Shown here: piece by piece, positions 1 through 8,601 of the stretch
Numbering within the stretch: the first letter of the stretch is position 1
Layout: every line of letters begins with the position of its first letter
NCBI GenBank assembly: GCA_963845755.1
Contig: CAWJTV010000033.1
Span: 96,001-160,000 of the forward strand
Direction: 5' to 3'
Length of the DNA stretch: 64,000 nucleotides
Source of the DNA: an uncultured Planctomycetota bacterium
GTDB lineage: Bacteria; Planctomycetota; Planctomycetia; Isosphaerales; Isosphaeraceae
Notes under the pieces: generated by a model
What the model saw: the letters and a program-made list of their open reading frames with translations, nothing else
Database searches by the model: none
What the model was told of the DNA's origin: nothing
Position numbers and translations under genes: made by a program

Positions 1-282
1 CGCGGCGTCCATCAACCGGTTGAGCTTGCCGATTTCTCTCGGATCCTCACCGAGCAAGTGCGGCCCCAGCTCGGCGATCCCGGTTCGTGCCCCCTGGGCA
101 TAGGCCGGCAAGTAGAACGGACCTAGCGGGCAGACCTCGCCGTGCCCCGTGATGCCTTCATCGGTTTCGACGGCCACGATCGTGCTATCGAACACGGAGA
201 CGGACTTCCCACCAGACCACTTGTAGCTACCTTCGTGAAGAGGGAGGTCGACTCGGTAGGCGAGGATTCGCGTGATCTTCAT
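1..282 (-). CDS. Enolase-superfamily (mandelate racemase/MLE) enzyme, cis-3-hydroxy-L-proline dehydratase-like; runs off the window edge
   Basis: Not in the ORF track. Manual translation from ATG at 282 gives [64 protein letters not shown]..., the MR/MLE N-terminal capping domain. It lies downstream of proline-racemase-family and DapA-family genes. Confidence 0.85.
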   Translation of the reverse strand, partial: MKITRILAYRVDLPLHEGSYKWSGGKSVSVFDSTIVAVETDEGITGHGEVCPLGPFYLPAYAQGARTGIAELGPHLLGEDPREIGKLNRLMDAA

Positions 283-310
283 CAGCGGGCGGTTCCAATG
301 TTGAAGGGTC

Positions 311-1056
311 TTACGAAGATGCGCCAGTCGTGAGGACGTGCTGCCAATAGGAAGGAACCGCCTCCCAGGCCGATTGATAGGTTGCTTCCAGAGGGAGGGG
401 CACATAGACCTCAGGCGTCAAGAACAGTGGCATTTCCGGGAGCACCGCGCCGATGGCCGTCGGTTCGATGAACGCCTCGGGAATGAGGCCGCCGATGTAC
501 GAACACTAGTGTAAGGGGCTTACCGTTTGGCAAAATAAAGTCGTTATCGATGATTTCGTCCCAGATGGCTTTATGGATGCCTTGAGAATCGTGCGGACCG
601 GGCGAGAACAGGTCGAGGACCACCAGATGAATGCCAGCCCTCAGGAATTCCGCGGCTTTTTCGACGAAGGCACGAAGCCCGTGCCTCGAATTCTTGTTAC
701 CTGGAGAAACGATTTCCATGAGCCCGACGACCTTGTGGTTGCTGACGTGCCGGATTGCGACGGACCTGGATTTGAAGGGGTAGGCATCCGGCTCCGCGCA
801 GATGGTATTGGACTCGAGGTGGGGCCTCGGCCAATACGACGCCACCGGACGGTTCCATGATCCCAATCCCTCTGCCGCCAGGGGATTGCAAGGTGAGGAC
901 GTCGGGTTCGACTCCTCCCGCAACTTGCTCGGCCAGGGCATAGTAGTTGGGCGGCAGCAGTCCCCGGTTCAACACCCGCGATAGATCACCAATCCACTCA
1001 AGGTGAAAGTGGTGAAAGATGCCCGCATCGACGCGAGCCCAGTCGTGAACCGGCAT
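311..1056 (-). CDS. DUF4058-like planctomycete protein (restriction-endonuclease-like fold), two apparent frameshifts
   Basis: Pieces [18 protein letters not shown]... (697..1077), ...MEIVSPGNK...[10 protein letters not shown]... (411..941) and ...[26 protein letters not shown]...TGASS* (stop at 311-313) join into one family-typical protein. Confidence 0.75.
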
Positions 1057-1152
1057 GAGGTCCCTCCTGTTGAACAACCGAGAACAGGGCGACAGCCGAT
1101 TATAACCGATCGTGTACGATGGTTTCGATGGTGCATCATGGCATTCAGAGCT

Positions 1153-2407
1153 TCAAAATCGACCGACACGATAGGGCGCCGGATCGATGTGGGGCGAGGA
1201 TCCATTGACCATCTCGGCAACCAACTTGCCCGTGGCCGGTGCCATCGACAACCCCAGCATGTTGTGTCCGGCCGCGATGACCACATTCTCGTACCGAGGA
1301 CTCCGGTCGATAATCGGCAGGCTGTCATAAGTCATGGGGCGCCAGCCGAACCATTTCTCCTCGACTGGCTCACAATACGGTTCTCGGAGATACGACTCGG
1401 CCCCGTCCTTGAGGAGCTGGAGCCGCTCGGGGCGGATCGAATCGTCGTAGCCGGCGAACTCCATGGTCGAACCCAGCCGGTAGCCGGATTGAAACGGCGT
1501 GACCGCCACGCGCGTCTCCGGGAAGATCAGGGGGATCTCGGGGCAGACGGCGGGCCGAGGCATCGTCAGGCTGTACCCCTTTCCCGGCTGGATCGGGATG
1601 CGACAGCCGAGGGACCTGTTCAAGAGGGGTGTCCAGGCTCCCGTGGCCACGATGAACAGCTCGCCCGCCAAGTCGCCTTGCTCCGTCTGCGCCGCCAACG
1701 CCCGGCCGTTGTACTCCCGTGAACCCCCGGAAGGAACAGTGCGCGCGGGTCTCGACCCCTCCGGCTTCGACGACGTGCCTCCAGGCGTCCATCAACCGGT
1801 CGGGCCGGAGGTGCGCATCATGTTCATGATACCAGCCGCCCGCCAGGCCCGGCTTCAAGGCCGGCTCGAGCGCGACCAGCTCGGAGCCGTCGAGGCGCTT
1901 CGCCGGCGCGTGGAAGACCTCGCTCATCAACCGATCGGTCGCGGTGTAGGATTCCAGCTCCCGCTCCGACTTGTAGGCGAACAGCATCCCGCGACTCGTG
2001 AACTCGCAGTCGAGCGATTCGCGGTTCGACCAGGTCCCGGTACAGCTCCAGGGACGACTAGGAGCAGTGGCTGGATCCCGCGACCGGCCTCGATCATGTC
2101 GCGCTCGTTGCAGCGTCGGGCGAAGTGCAAGAGCCACGACCAGAGGGCCGGGTCGAGCCTCGGCTTGATCGCGAACGGGGAATTACGCTGGAACAGGCTC
2201 TTGAGCCGCCTTGCCGACCATCCCCGGCTCGGCCAGGGGCAGGACGTGGCTCGGGCAGACGAACCCGCAGTTGGCGTGCGAGCTGCCGCTGGCGAACGCA
2301 CCCCGATCGATGAGCGTCACTTTCCAGCCCGATCGCATCAAGTAATAGGCGCACGATGTGCCGATCACTCCGCTGCCGATGACGATCGCGGTCGGTGTCG
2401 GACTCAT
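1153..2407 (-). CDS. FAD-dependent D-amino acid dehydrogenase (DadA-like; probable D-hydroxyproline dehydrogenase), frameshifted
   Basis: N-terminal IVIGSGVIG...SSHANCG Rossmann motif; C-terminal [19 protein letters not shown] and [14 protein letters not shown]. Spread over ORFs 2183..2407, 1927..2301, 1370..2137 and 1153..1698. Overlaps the epimerase stop (ATGA). Confidence 0.85.
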
Positions 2408-3342
2408 GGCCGGATACCCATCGCGAGAGGATCGGCCGGGTCGACGATCAGCGTCAACTCGGCATTGACGTACGCCGATCCCCGAATCTGGGGACGGATG
2501 CGCCCCTCGACGATCCGCGCCGAGCCTTCGAACAGGCTGCCGATGATGCTCTCTTGCCGCCAGACCTGTCCTTCGGCGAGCTTGCCGTCGGCGACCAGGC
2601 AGGCGACCTTGGCACTGGTGCCGGTTCCACAGGGGGAGCGGTCATAGGCTCGGCCGGGGCAGAGCACGAAATTCTTGCCGTCGGCATCGGGCCGACTGGG
2701 TGGGCCGAACAGCTCGATATGATCGATCTCACCGCCATCGGCGCCGCGAATGCCGTGCGTGGTCAGGGCCTGGCGGATGCCCCAGGTGACCTCGGTGAGC
2801 CGATCGATATTCGAGACGCTCAAGGCCTCGCCGTGGTCGTGGACCAGGAAGAACCAGTTCCCGCCCCAGGCGATGTCACCGACATAGGTCCTCAGGCCCG
2901 GGACCGCGACCTCCACGTCCTTGGCCAGCCGGTAGCTCTCGACGTTGTCGATCGTGACCGTATTGGGACCTTCGAGCGTGACGGCGACCCGGCCGACCGG
3001 GGTCTCCAGCCGGTGCGTGCCGGGACCGATCCGCCCCATGTAAGCCAGCGCCACGGCCACCCCGATCGTCCCGTGGCCGCACATGCCGAGATAGCCGACG
3101 TTATTAAAGAAAATGACGCCGGCCGCGGCCGAGGGATCGACCGGCTCGAGTAGGATCGCGCCGACCACGACGTCCGAGCCGCGGGGTTCGTTCACGACAG
3201 CCGACCGGAACGCGTCGTGAGAGTCGCGGAAGACCGCGAGGCGATCGGCCATCGAGCCGGTCCCCAGATCGGGACCGCCCGAGATCACCACGCGGGTCGG
3301 CTCACCGCCGGTATGGGTATCGATCACGCCGATGCGCCGCAC
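2404..3342 (-). CDS. Proline racemase family, 4-hydroxyproline 2-epimerase-like
   Basis: [17 protein letters not shown] and DRSPCGTGT motifs with both catalytic cysteines. Confidence 0.93.
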   Translation of the reverse strand: MRRIGVIDTHTGGEPTRVVISGGPDLGTGSMADRLAVFRDSHDAFRSAVVNEPRGSDVVVGAILLEPVDPSAAAGVIFFNNVGYLGMCGHGTIGVAVALAYMGRIGPGTHRLETPVGRVAVTLEGPNTVTIDNVESYRLAKDVEVAVPGLRTYVGDIAWGGNWFFLVHDHGEALSVSNIDRLTEVTWGIRQALTTHGIRGADGGEIDHIELFGPPSRPDADGKNFVLCPGRAYDRSPCGTGTSAKVACLVADGKLAEGQVWRQESIIGSLFEGSARIVEGRIRPQIRGSAYVNAELTLIVDPADPLAMGIRP

Positions 3343-3366
3343 GATGCCTCCGAGTGAAAGCCTGGC

Positions 3367-4275
3367 CTACCGTCCAGCTCCGCCCTTCGGCCGGGTGGCG
3401 ATGGCCTGACGGATGATCTTCAGGATCTGCTCACGCTCCGCGCCGATCAGCGGCAGACGGGGTGCCCGCACCGTCTCGGAGCCGAGCCCGCACTCCTGCT
3501 GGGCAAGCTTGATGTACTGGACCAATTTGATGTGGGTATCCAGGTGAAGGACCGGCGTGTACCATCGATAGACCGCGCGTGCCTCCTCCCATCGCCCCGC
3601 CATGGCGAGGTCCCAGAGCAGGCGGTTCTCGGCCGGGAAGGCGTTCACCAGTCCCGAGACCCAGCCGGTCGCACCCAGCAACAGGCTCTCGAGCACCAGG
3701 TCGTCCACCCCGCAGAACAGCGTATAACGATCGCCGCAGAGATTCCTCAAGTCGGTGATCCGCCGGACGTTTTCCGACGATTCCTTGATCGCCACCAGCC
3801 GGGGCTCGTCTCCCAGCTCGACGAACATCTCCGGCGTGATGTCCACGGAATAAGAAACCGGGTTGTTGTAGACCATGATCGGCAGGTCGGTCAACCGGGC
3901 GACGGTCCGATAATGGGCGATCGTCTCTCGGGGGTCGGACTTGTAAACCATCGCCGGCAAGACCATGAGCCCCACCACGCCGAGCCGCTGGGCATCGGCC
4001 GCGAATCTGCAGGCGCGCGCCGTGGTGTATTCGGCCACCCCGGTCAGCACCGGGATCCTGCCAGCGACGTGGTCGGTCGTCGCCCGGAGGACCTCCAGCT
4101 TCTCCGAATACTCCAGCGAGCAGTTCTCGCCGACCGTCCCGAGCATGATCAACCCGTGTATCCCCGCGTCGATCATCCGGTCGAAATGGGCCAACGTCGC
4201 CGGGATGTTCAGGCTCTGGTCGGGTTGAAACTGGGTCGTGGCCGCCGGGAATACCCCTTGCCATGTAATGCTCAT
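3367..4275 (-). CDS. DapA/NAL family protein, probable 1-pyrroline-4-hydroxy-2-carboxylate deaminase
   Basis: MSITWQGVFPAATTQF, LGTVGE, YNNP and AIKESS (Schiff-base Lys) motifs; hydroxyproline operon context. Start reassigned to ATG 4275. Confidence 0.88.
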   Translation of the reverse strand: MSITWQGVFPAATTQFQPDQSLNIPATLAHFDRMIDAGIHGLIMLGTVGENCSLEYSEKLEVLRATTDHVAGRIPVLTGVAEYTTARACRFAADAQRLGVVGLMVLPAMVYKSDPRETIAHYRTVARLTDLPIMVYNNPVSYSVDITPEMFVELGDEPRLVAIKESSENVRRITDLRNLCGDRYTLFCGVDDLVLESLLLGATGWVSGLVNAFPAENRLLWDLAMAGRWEEARAVYRWYTPVLHLDTHIKLVQYIKLAQQECGLGSETVRAPRLPLIGAEREQILKIIRQAIATRPKGGAGR

Positions 4276-4562
4276 GAGGATGCGACTCTCAGGTTGCCAA
4301 GATTCTGCCGGTCGCGCTCGTCCCGGGTGCGACCCATCATCTCGTCCGCGACTGAAGCCGACAGCGGTTGACCCGTTCGGAAGACCCACACTCCCCGTTC
4401 CTTGACGAGCGGAGCTGTCCCTCGAACGGGCCGCAGCGTGATTTGCTCTCCTGCGACTTCTAGTTCCAAGGAGTCACCGGGTTCGATGAACAACTCCTCC
4501 CGCAGCCACTTGGGAATCACGATGCGTCCGGCTTCATCGAGTGTGATTCGCGTGGTCATCAT
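4272..4562 (-). CDS. AbrB/MazE/SpoVT-family DNA-binding protein (VapB-like antitoxin/regulator)
   Basis: TLDEAGRIVIPKWLREELFIEPGDSLELEV...ITLRP is the AbrB swapped-hairpin signature. Its stop overlaps the next start (ATGA). Confidence 0.8.
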   Translation of the reverse strand: MMTTRITLDEAGRIVIPKWLREELFIEPGDSLELEVAGEQITLRPVRGTAPLVKERGVWVFRTGQPLSASVADEMMGRTRDERDRQNLGNLRVASS

Positions 4563-4676
4563 GGCACGATACATGCGGGCGGCCTGAGTCGTCAATCCCA
4601 TGGCGAAGCGCTGATCCAAAGGTCGATGCTTGGCTGAGTTTCGAAGCGGATCATCGGACTCTTGAAGCCGGACTCA

Positions 4677-5375
4677 TCATCGCCCTCGTCCCCGGAGCAC
4701 ATTCCAGATCATCGCGATCACGACCTCGTAGGCGTTGCTCCAGCTATTCTCGCGGAAGAACTGGACGGGGACCTCCGGGTCGCCGATGAACGGACGCAGG
4801 ACCCAGCCCATCTGGATGCCAACAAAAACATAGATGGCGATCCAGATCCGAAGCATCCAGCGATGCTTCGGGTCCTTCCGGATCAGGGGAAGATAGTCGC
4901 GTCGCAGCATCCACTGGGCGCTGACGCTGGCGACGGCAAACATCAAGCCGTTGAAGAGGATCGCGGCCTGGTACTGGCTGCCCGAAACGTACCAGAATGC
5001 GGTGATCGGCGCCAGCGCCGAGAGGATCACGGTCAGCCCGGCCTGGGTCGCCATCAAGGCCCGGACGACACGCTCGAAATCCGTCCGCAAGCCCAGCAGC
5101 GTGTTGACGACGAAGAAGCTCGGGAGGCTGAGCGAAAACGTCGCCATCAACAAGAACGGGACCTTGACCGCCGAGTAGACGACCTGCCAGATCCTTGGGC
5201 CGGCAATCCCTCCGTAGGTTCCCATGACCCCGCCATACAACATCCCGAAGCATACGATCAGCGCGGCGAGCACGAGAGGAACCGGCATCCGCGTCGATGG
5301 TCCAACCCGCACGCGGGACGATTCCCCACGGAGCACGCTGTCGGCGAGCCGGAGCAAACCGACCAGGGCATTCAT
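4677..5375 (-). CDS. Uncharacterised multi-pass membrane protein (paralog B)
   Basis: Five to six hydrophobic segments; motifs KVPFLL, LPSFFV and GIQMGWVLRPFIG. Start at ATG 5375 (MNALVGLLRL). Confidence 0.8.
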   Translation of the reverse strand: MNALVGLLRLADSVLRGESSRVRVGPSTRMPVPLVLAALIVCFGMLYGGVMGTYGGIAGPRIWQVVYSAVKVPFLLMATFSLSLPSFFVVNTLLGLRTDFERVVRALMATQAGLTVILSALAPITAFWYVSGSQYQAAILFNGLMFAVASVSAQWMLRRDYLPLIRKDPKHRWMLRIWIAIYVFVGIQMGWVLRPFIGDPEVPVQFFRENSWSNAYEVVIAMIWNVLRGRGR

Positions 5376-5397
5376 GGCGCCGGTCTCGTGATGCCCA

Positions 5398-6270
5398 TCA
5401 GGAAAACAGCTTCCCCAACATCTGGAGGACCGCCATGAAGAAATTCGACTCCCGGCCGCGGAAGAAGGTGAAGGGCATCTCGGGGTTGCCGATGAACGGC
5501 CGCAAGACCCATCCCATCTGGGCACCGACCAGCGCGAAGACAATCACCCAGATCCGGAACACCGTCTTGACATGCCCGCTCAGCACCCGGTTCTCCAGGG
5601 GCTCCAGCGGGCCGCTGACCTCCCGCATCCTTGCCGCCTCGACCCCTTCGGGGGATTCGCCGGCCTCTGAGGTCTCCGTCACAGGCACGGCGAGTTGCGG
5701 GCGCCGCGTCTCCGCCACATTCAAGCGATGCAAGGTCTGGAGCAAGAAAGTGAGCCCCAGCACGCCGGAGACCGCGAAGACCACCACATTGAAAAGCACC
5801 ATGAACGGATAGCTCGTCGTACTCACTGAGAAGAAGGCCACGATCGTGCCCAGTGAAGCCAGGATTGTCACCATCACGCCGAGTGTCGCCAGCAAGAGCC
5901 GGATGACCGTTGACAAGCTGAGCCGTGAACCCACCAGCGCGTTGAAGACGTACAACGACGGCAATGTCACCAGCAGCGTCAGGTAGAACAAGAGCGGGAC
6001 CTTGACCATGCTCGCCACGACCTGGTTCACGTTGGGGACCTTCATCCGGAACAAGGCGAACGTCCCCATGCAGGCTCCATAAACCATGGCCAGGATGATA
6101 ATGCACGCCGAGAGTCGCCACGGCGAGATCTCGATCCCTCCCGACCGAAGACTCGATACCCCCGTCAGCTCACCCCGCAGAAGCCGATCCAGCTCCCGGA
6201 ACCAGCCCGGCGGACGACTTCGATCCCCTTTCGGCCTCGGCCCGTAGTCATCGCTCGCCATCGGTTGCAC
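5398..6270 (-). CDS. Uncharacterised multi-pass membrane protein (paralog A)
   Basis: Motifs KVPLLF, LPSLYVF and GAQMGWVLRPFIG shared with the downstream gene; GAGGAGG ribosome-binding site upstream. Confidence 0.8.
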   Translation of the reverse strand: MQPMASDDYGPRPKGDRSRPPGWFRELDRLLRGELTGVSSLRSGGIEISPWRLSACIIILAMVYGACMGTFALFRMKVPNVNQVVASMVKVPLLFYLTLLVTLPSLYVFNALVGSRLSLSTVIRLLLATLGVMVTILASLGTIVAFFSVSTTSYPFMVLFNVVVFAVSGVLGLTFLLQTLHRLNVAETRRPQLAVPVTETSEAGESPEGVEAARMREVSGPLEPLENRVLSGHVKTVFRIWVIVFALVGAQMGWVLRPFIGNPEMPFTFFRGRESNFFMAVLQMLGKLFS

Positions 6271-6304
6271 CCCCTCCTCGGACGGGAATCAGAATGAGAC
6301 TCTC

Positions 6305-6333
6305 ACTTTGTACGACAAAGTCCACGATGTCAA
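6305..6333 (-). promoter_or_regulatory. Inverted repeat ACTTTGT-acg-ACAAAGT next to a TTGACA -35 box upstream of the membrane-protein pair
   Basis: Perfect 7-bp palindromic arms at 6305-6321; TGTCAA (TTGACA on the - strand) at 6328-6333. Confidence 0.45.
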
Positions 6334-6339
6334 GGGAGA

Positions 6340-7200
6340 TCAGTATTCGGTACTGACAACGGCGGATCTGTTGAGCGTCCCTCTCGTCGCAAAATCGAAA
6401 TCTCCGTATCCGGGCAGCAGTTTCAGGAGATCGCCGAACGAGCTCGGTCCGTTCCCGGGAGTAAACGTGAAAACAGGTTGATTATTGATGTAAAGCTCCG
6501 CCGCAGGGTATCCATCCCATGTCCCGGAGATCTCGTAGATCGGCGCTGGTCCAGAAGTGTCAATCGTGATACCAATGTCCCAATCGATCGAGGGCGAACC
6601 CATAACCAGCTCGTTGCGCGGACCACCCCTGGCGGCGGTTCTGAGTCGTATCCGGACAGAATGGGGCCCGAGGCGGACCGGATCGTCGATGATCATCCCG
6701 TCGGTATCGACTCGAACCTCGTCGTGCTTGATCCTGCAGCCGTCCGACGTTCCGTACCTGTCGCGATCGTCAATTCGACCATCTGCCAGGGCCGGGAGAG
6801 CCAGGAAGGATTCCGACAGCCCTCCCAGATTCCGTCTGGACCCCTCCAGAAGTCCGTCCGAATCGTCGGCCTCGTCGGGGATGACGGTCACGATCTGTTT
6901 CGCACGAAATGTTGTCGCGTCAACGTTGAAGCCGCGATCGTCACCCGCGAAGGCAAGCCGCATGGGTGGAGCAACGCCGCGGTATGACTGGGGATGTATG
7001 AACGGACCGAGTAGGTGATTGTTCGGTATGAATGTCGCAAAAACGATTGTAAACTTCTCGACTTTCCGTGTACCTGGTTCGTTGGCCCCGATCTTCGTGG
7101 AGGGGGTTCGAGGAGATCCCCGGGTAGGCACGGTCACGCAGCCGGTGAGGGTGGCACAAACGGTCGCCAGCAGCGCGATCGCGGCGCGAGGGTCAGTCAT
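6340..7200 (-). CDS. Hypothetical lipoprotein (DUF3238-like C-terminus)
   Basis: GGAGG RBS, then MTDPRAAIALLATVCATLTGC (lipobox LTGC). The C-terminal GTWDGYPAAELYIN resembles the DUF3238 motif. Confidence 0.6.
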   Translation of the reverse strand: MTDPRAAIALLATVCATLTGCVTVPTRGSPRTPSTKIGANEPGTRKVEKFTIVFATFIPNNHLLGPFIHPQSYRGVAPPMRLAFAGDDRGFNVDATTFRAKQIVTVIPDEADDSDGLLEGSRRNLGGLSESFLALPALADGRIDDRDRYGTSDGCRIKHDEVRVDTDGMIIDDPVRLGPHSVRIRLRTAARGGPRNELVMGSPSIDWDIGITIDTSGPAPIYEISGTWDGYPAAELYINNQPVFTFTPGNGPSSFGDLLKLLPGYGDFDFATRGTLNRSAVVSTEY

Positions 7201-7321
7201 GGGGAGTGACCTCCTCGACAGAGGCGAGGACCGGGGACGAGAGGTCGGAGCATAGCCCATCGCTCCGATTCCCACAACCCCGACGAATGCCACCTCGCCA
7301 AACCGTATTCGCACGAGACCG

Positions 7322-7837
7322 TCAGGGAGAGGGGTCCTGATCTTGCGGGCCGCCGAGTTTGCGAAAACCGGGATGGACGCCGGGAGTGAGGTGCTGCTGA
7401 GCGACGATCCGCCTGAGAAACCCCGCGAGCTGCACCTGCTCCGACTCGTTCAGGGCGGCGCAAATCGCATCGCGATGAGCGCTCGCGATGCGCCCGATCT
7501 CTCCCAACGTCTTGCGTCCCGCCCCGGTCAGGTGCAGCGCGTAGGAGCGTCGGTCGGTTGGGCTGTCTCGCCGCTCGACCAACCCGCGCCCTCGAGCTCG
7601 TCGATCAACGCGACGAGGCGGCTCGGGAACACGCCGAGTTTCTCGCCCAGCGACTTGCTGGCTCAGTCCGTCGGCCTGTTCGAGGATCCCCAGGATTCCC
7701 ACGTGCGGTGGCTTGAGATCCAGCGGCGCCAGGCGCTCTGCAAATCGCGAGGAGACGTGGGCTCCGACCTGGGACAGGAGGAAGCCCAGGTCGGCGTGCG
7801 CATCCGAGGAGGCGTTCGGCGTGCGAGGACGGGCCAT
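7322..7837 (-). CDS. MarR-family transcriptional regulator (two compensating indels in the HTH)
   Basis: LGFLLSQVG...GLSQQ...GLVERRDSPTDRRSYALHLT. The segment between them reads SLGEKLGVFPSRLVALIDELE in another frame. Confidence 0.88.
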   Translation of the reverse strand: MARPRTPNASSDAHADLGFLLSQVGAHVSSRFAERLAPLDLKPPHVGILGILEQADGLSQQVAGRETRRVPEPPRRVDRRARGRGLVERRDSPTDRRSYALHLTGAGRKTLGEIGRIASAHRDAICAALNESEQVQLAGFLRRIVAQQHLTPGVHPGFRKLGGPQDQDPSP

Positions 7838-7855
7838 TCATTCCTCCAAAAAATG

Positions 7856-7888
7856 GTTATTGACAATAACGATTCACTCCCATAGTAT
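7856..7888 (+). promoter_or_regulatory. Sigma70-type promoter with an overlapping palindromic (MarR-type) operator
   Basis: TTGACA (7860-7865), 17 bp, TAGTAT (7883-7888). A perfect palindrome GTTATTG-A-CAATAAC at 7856-7870 lies between the divergent MarR and VOC genes. Confidence 0.75.
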
Positions 7889-7984
7889 TGTCCCAGCCGC
7901 CGCGGGCCGCGACAAGGGGGACGCCCTCCCTCTCGGTCCGCGACCGCCCACGTCCCGTCCTCGAAAGCGAAAGGAGTTCCGGAC

Positions 7985-8362
7985 ATGAGGCTCAATCACC
8001 TCAATCTCACGGTCCCGGACGTACCCCGGACACAGGAGTTCTTCGAGACATATTTCGGGTTCCGGTGCCTCACCACCCGGGGTCGTGATACCCTGGCCGT
8101 CCTGGCTGATGAATCAGGGTTTGTCCTGACCCTGAACAACTTCGAGCGGAAGAACGAGGTCGAATACCCCGGTGCGTTCCACATCGGCTTCATGCAGGAG
8201 AGCCGGGAACGGGTCAACGAGATCCATCGACGCCTGAAGGCCGACGGATTCGACATGGAACCTCCCCATCAGTTCCATGGGGCCTGGACGTTCTACTTCC
8301 GCGCCACGGGCGGATTCCTCGTCGAGGTCCTGCACCAACCCGCGAGCGATCGCGGCCAATAA
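7985..8362 (+). CDS. VOC/glyoxalase family protein
   Basis: MRLNHLNLTVPDV...FHIGF...FYFRATGGFLVEV; AAGGAG RBS. Confidence 0.9.
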   Translation: MRLNHLNLTVPDVPRTQEFFETYFGFRCLTTRGRDTLAVLADESGFVLTLNNFERKNEVEYPGAFHIGFMQESRERVNEIHRRLKADGFDMEPPHQFHGAWTFYFRATGGFLVEVLHQPASDRGQ

Positions 8363-8494
8363 GTCACCGAGCCCGACCCGAGTCCAGGTCGGCGACGAGG
8401 GACCACGCGACAGGAAGGGTGCGGCGATTTCGCCAAGAGACTCTAAGAAACCCGCACCCCCACATCTCTTGATCGCGTTCCCTCAAGAGAGTTC

Positions 8495-8589
8495 AACCAC
8501 GAGATACACCAAATGTACGAAAAAAATAGGGCTGAGGAAGCGAAAAAGCACATTCGGATTCTCATTCCTCTTTCGTGTATTTCGTGGTT
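8495..8589. repeat. REP-like long inverted repeat between convergent genes
   Basis: AACCACGAGATACAC (8495) versus GTGTATTTCGTGGTT (ends 8589), one mismatch in 15; the arms show a roughly 9-bp CACGAAA periodicity. Confidence 0.7.
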
Positions 8590-8601
8590 AATCCACCGGG
8601 C

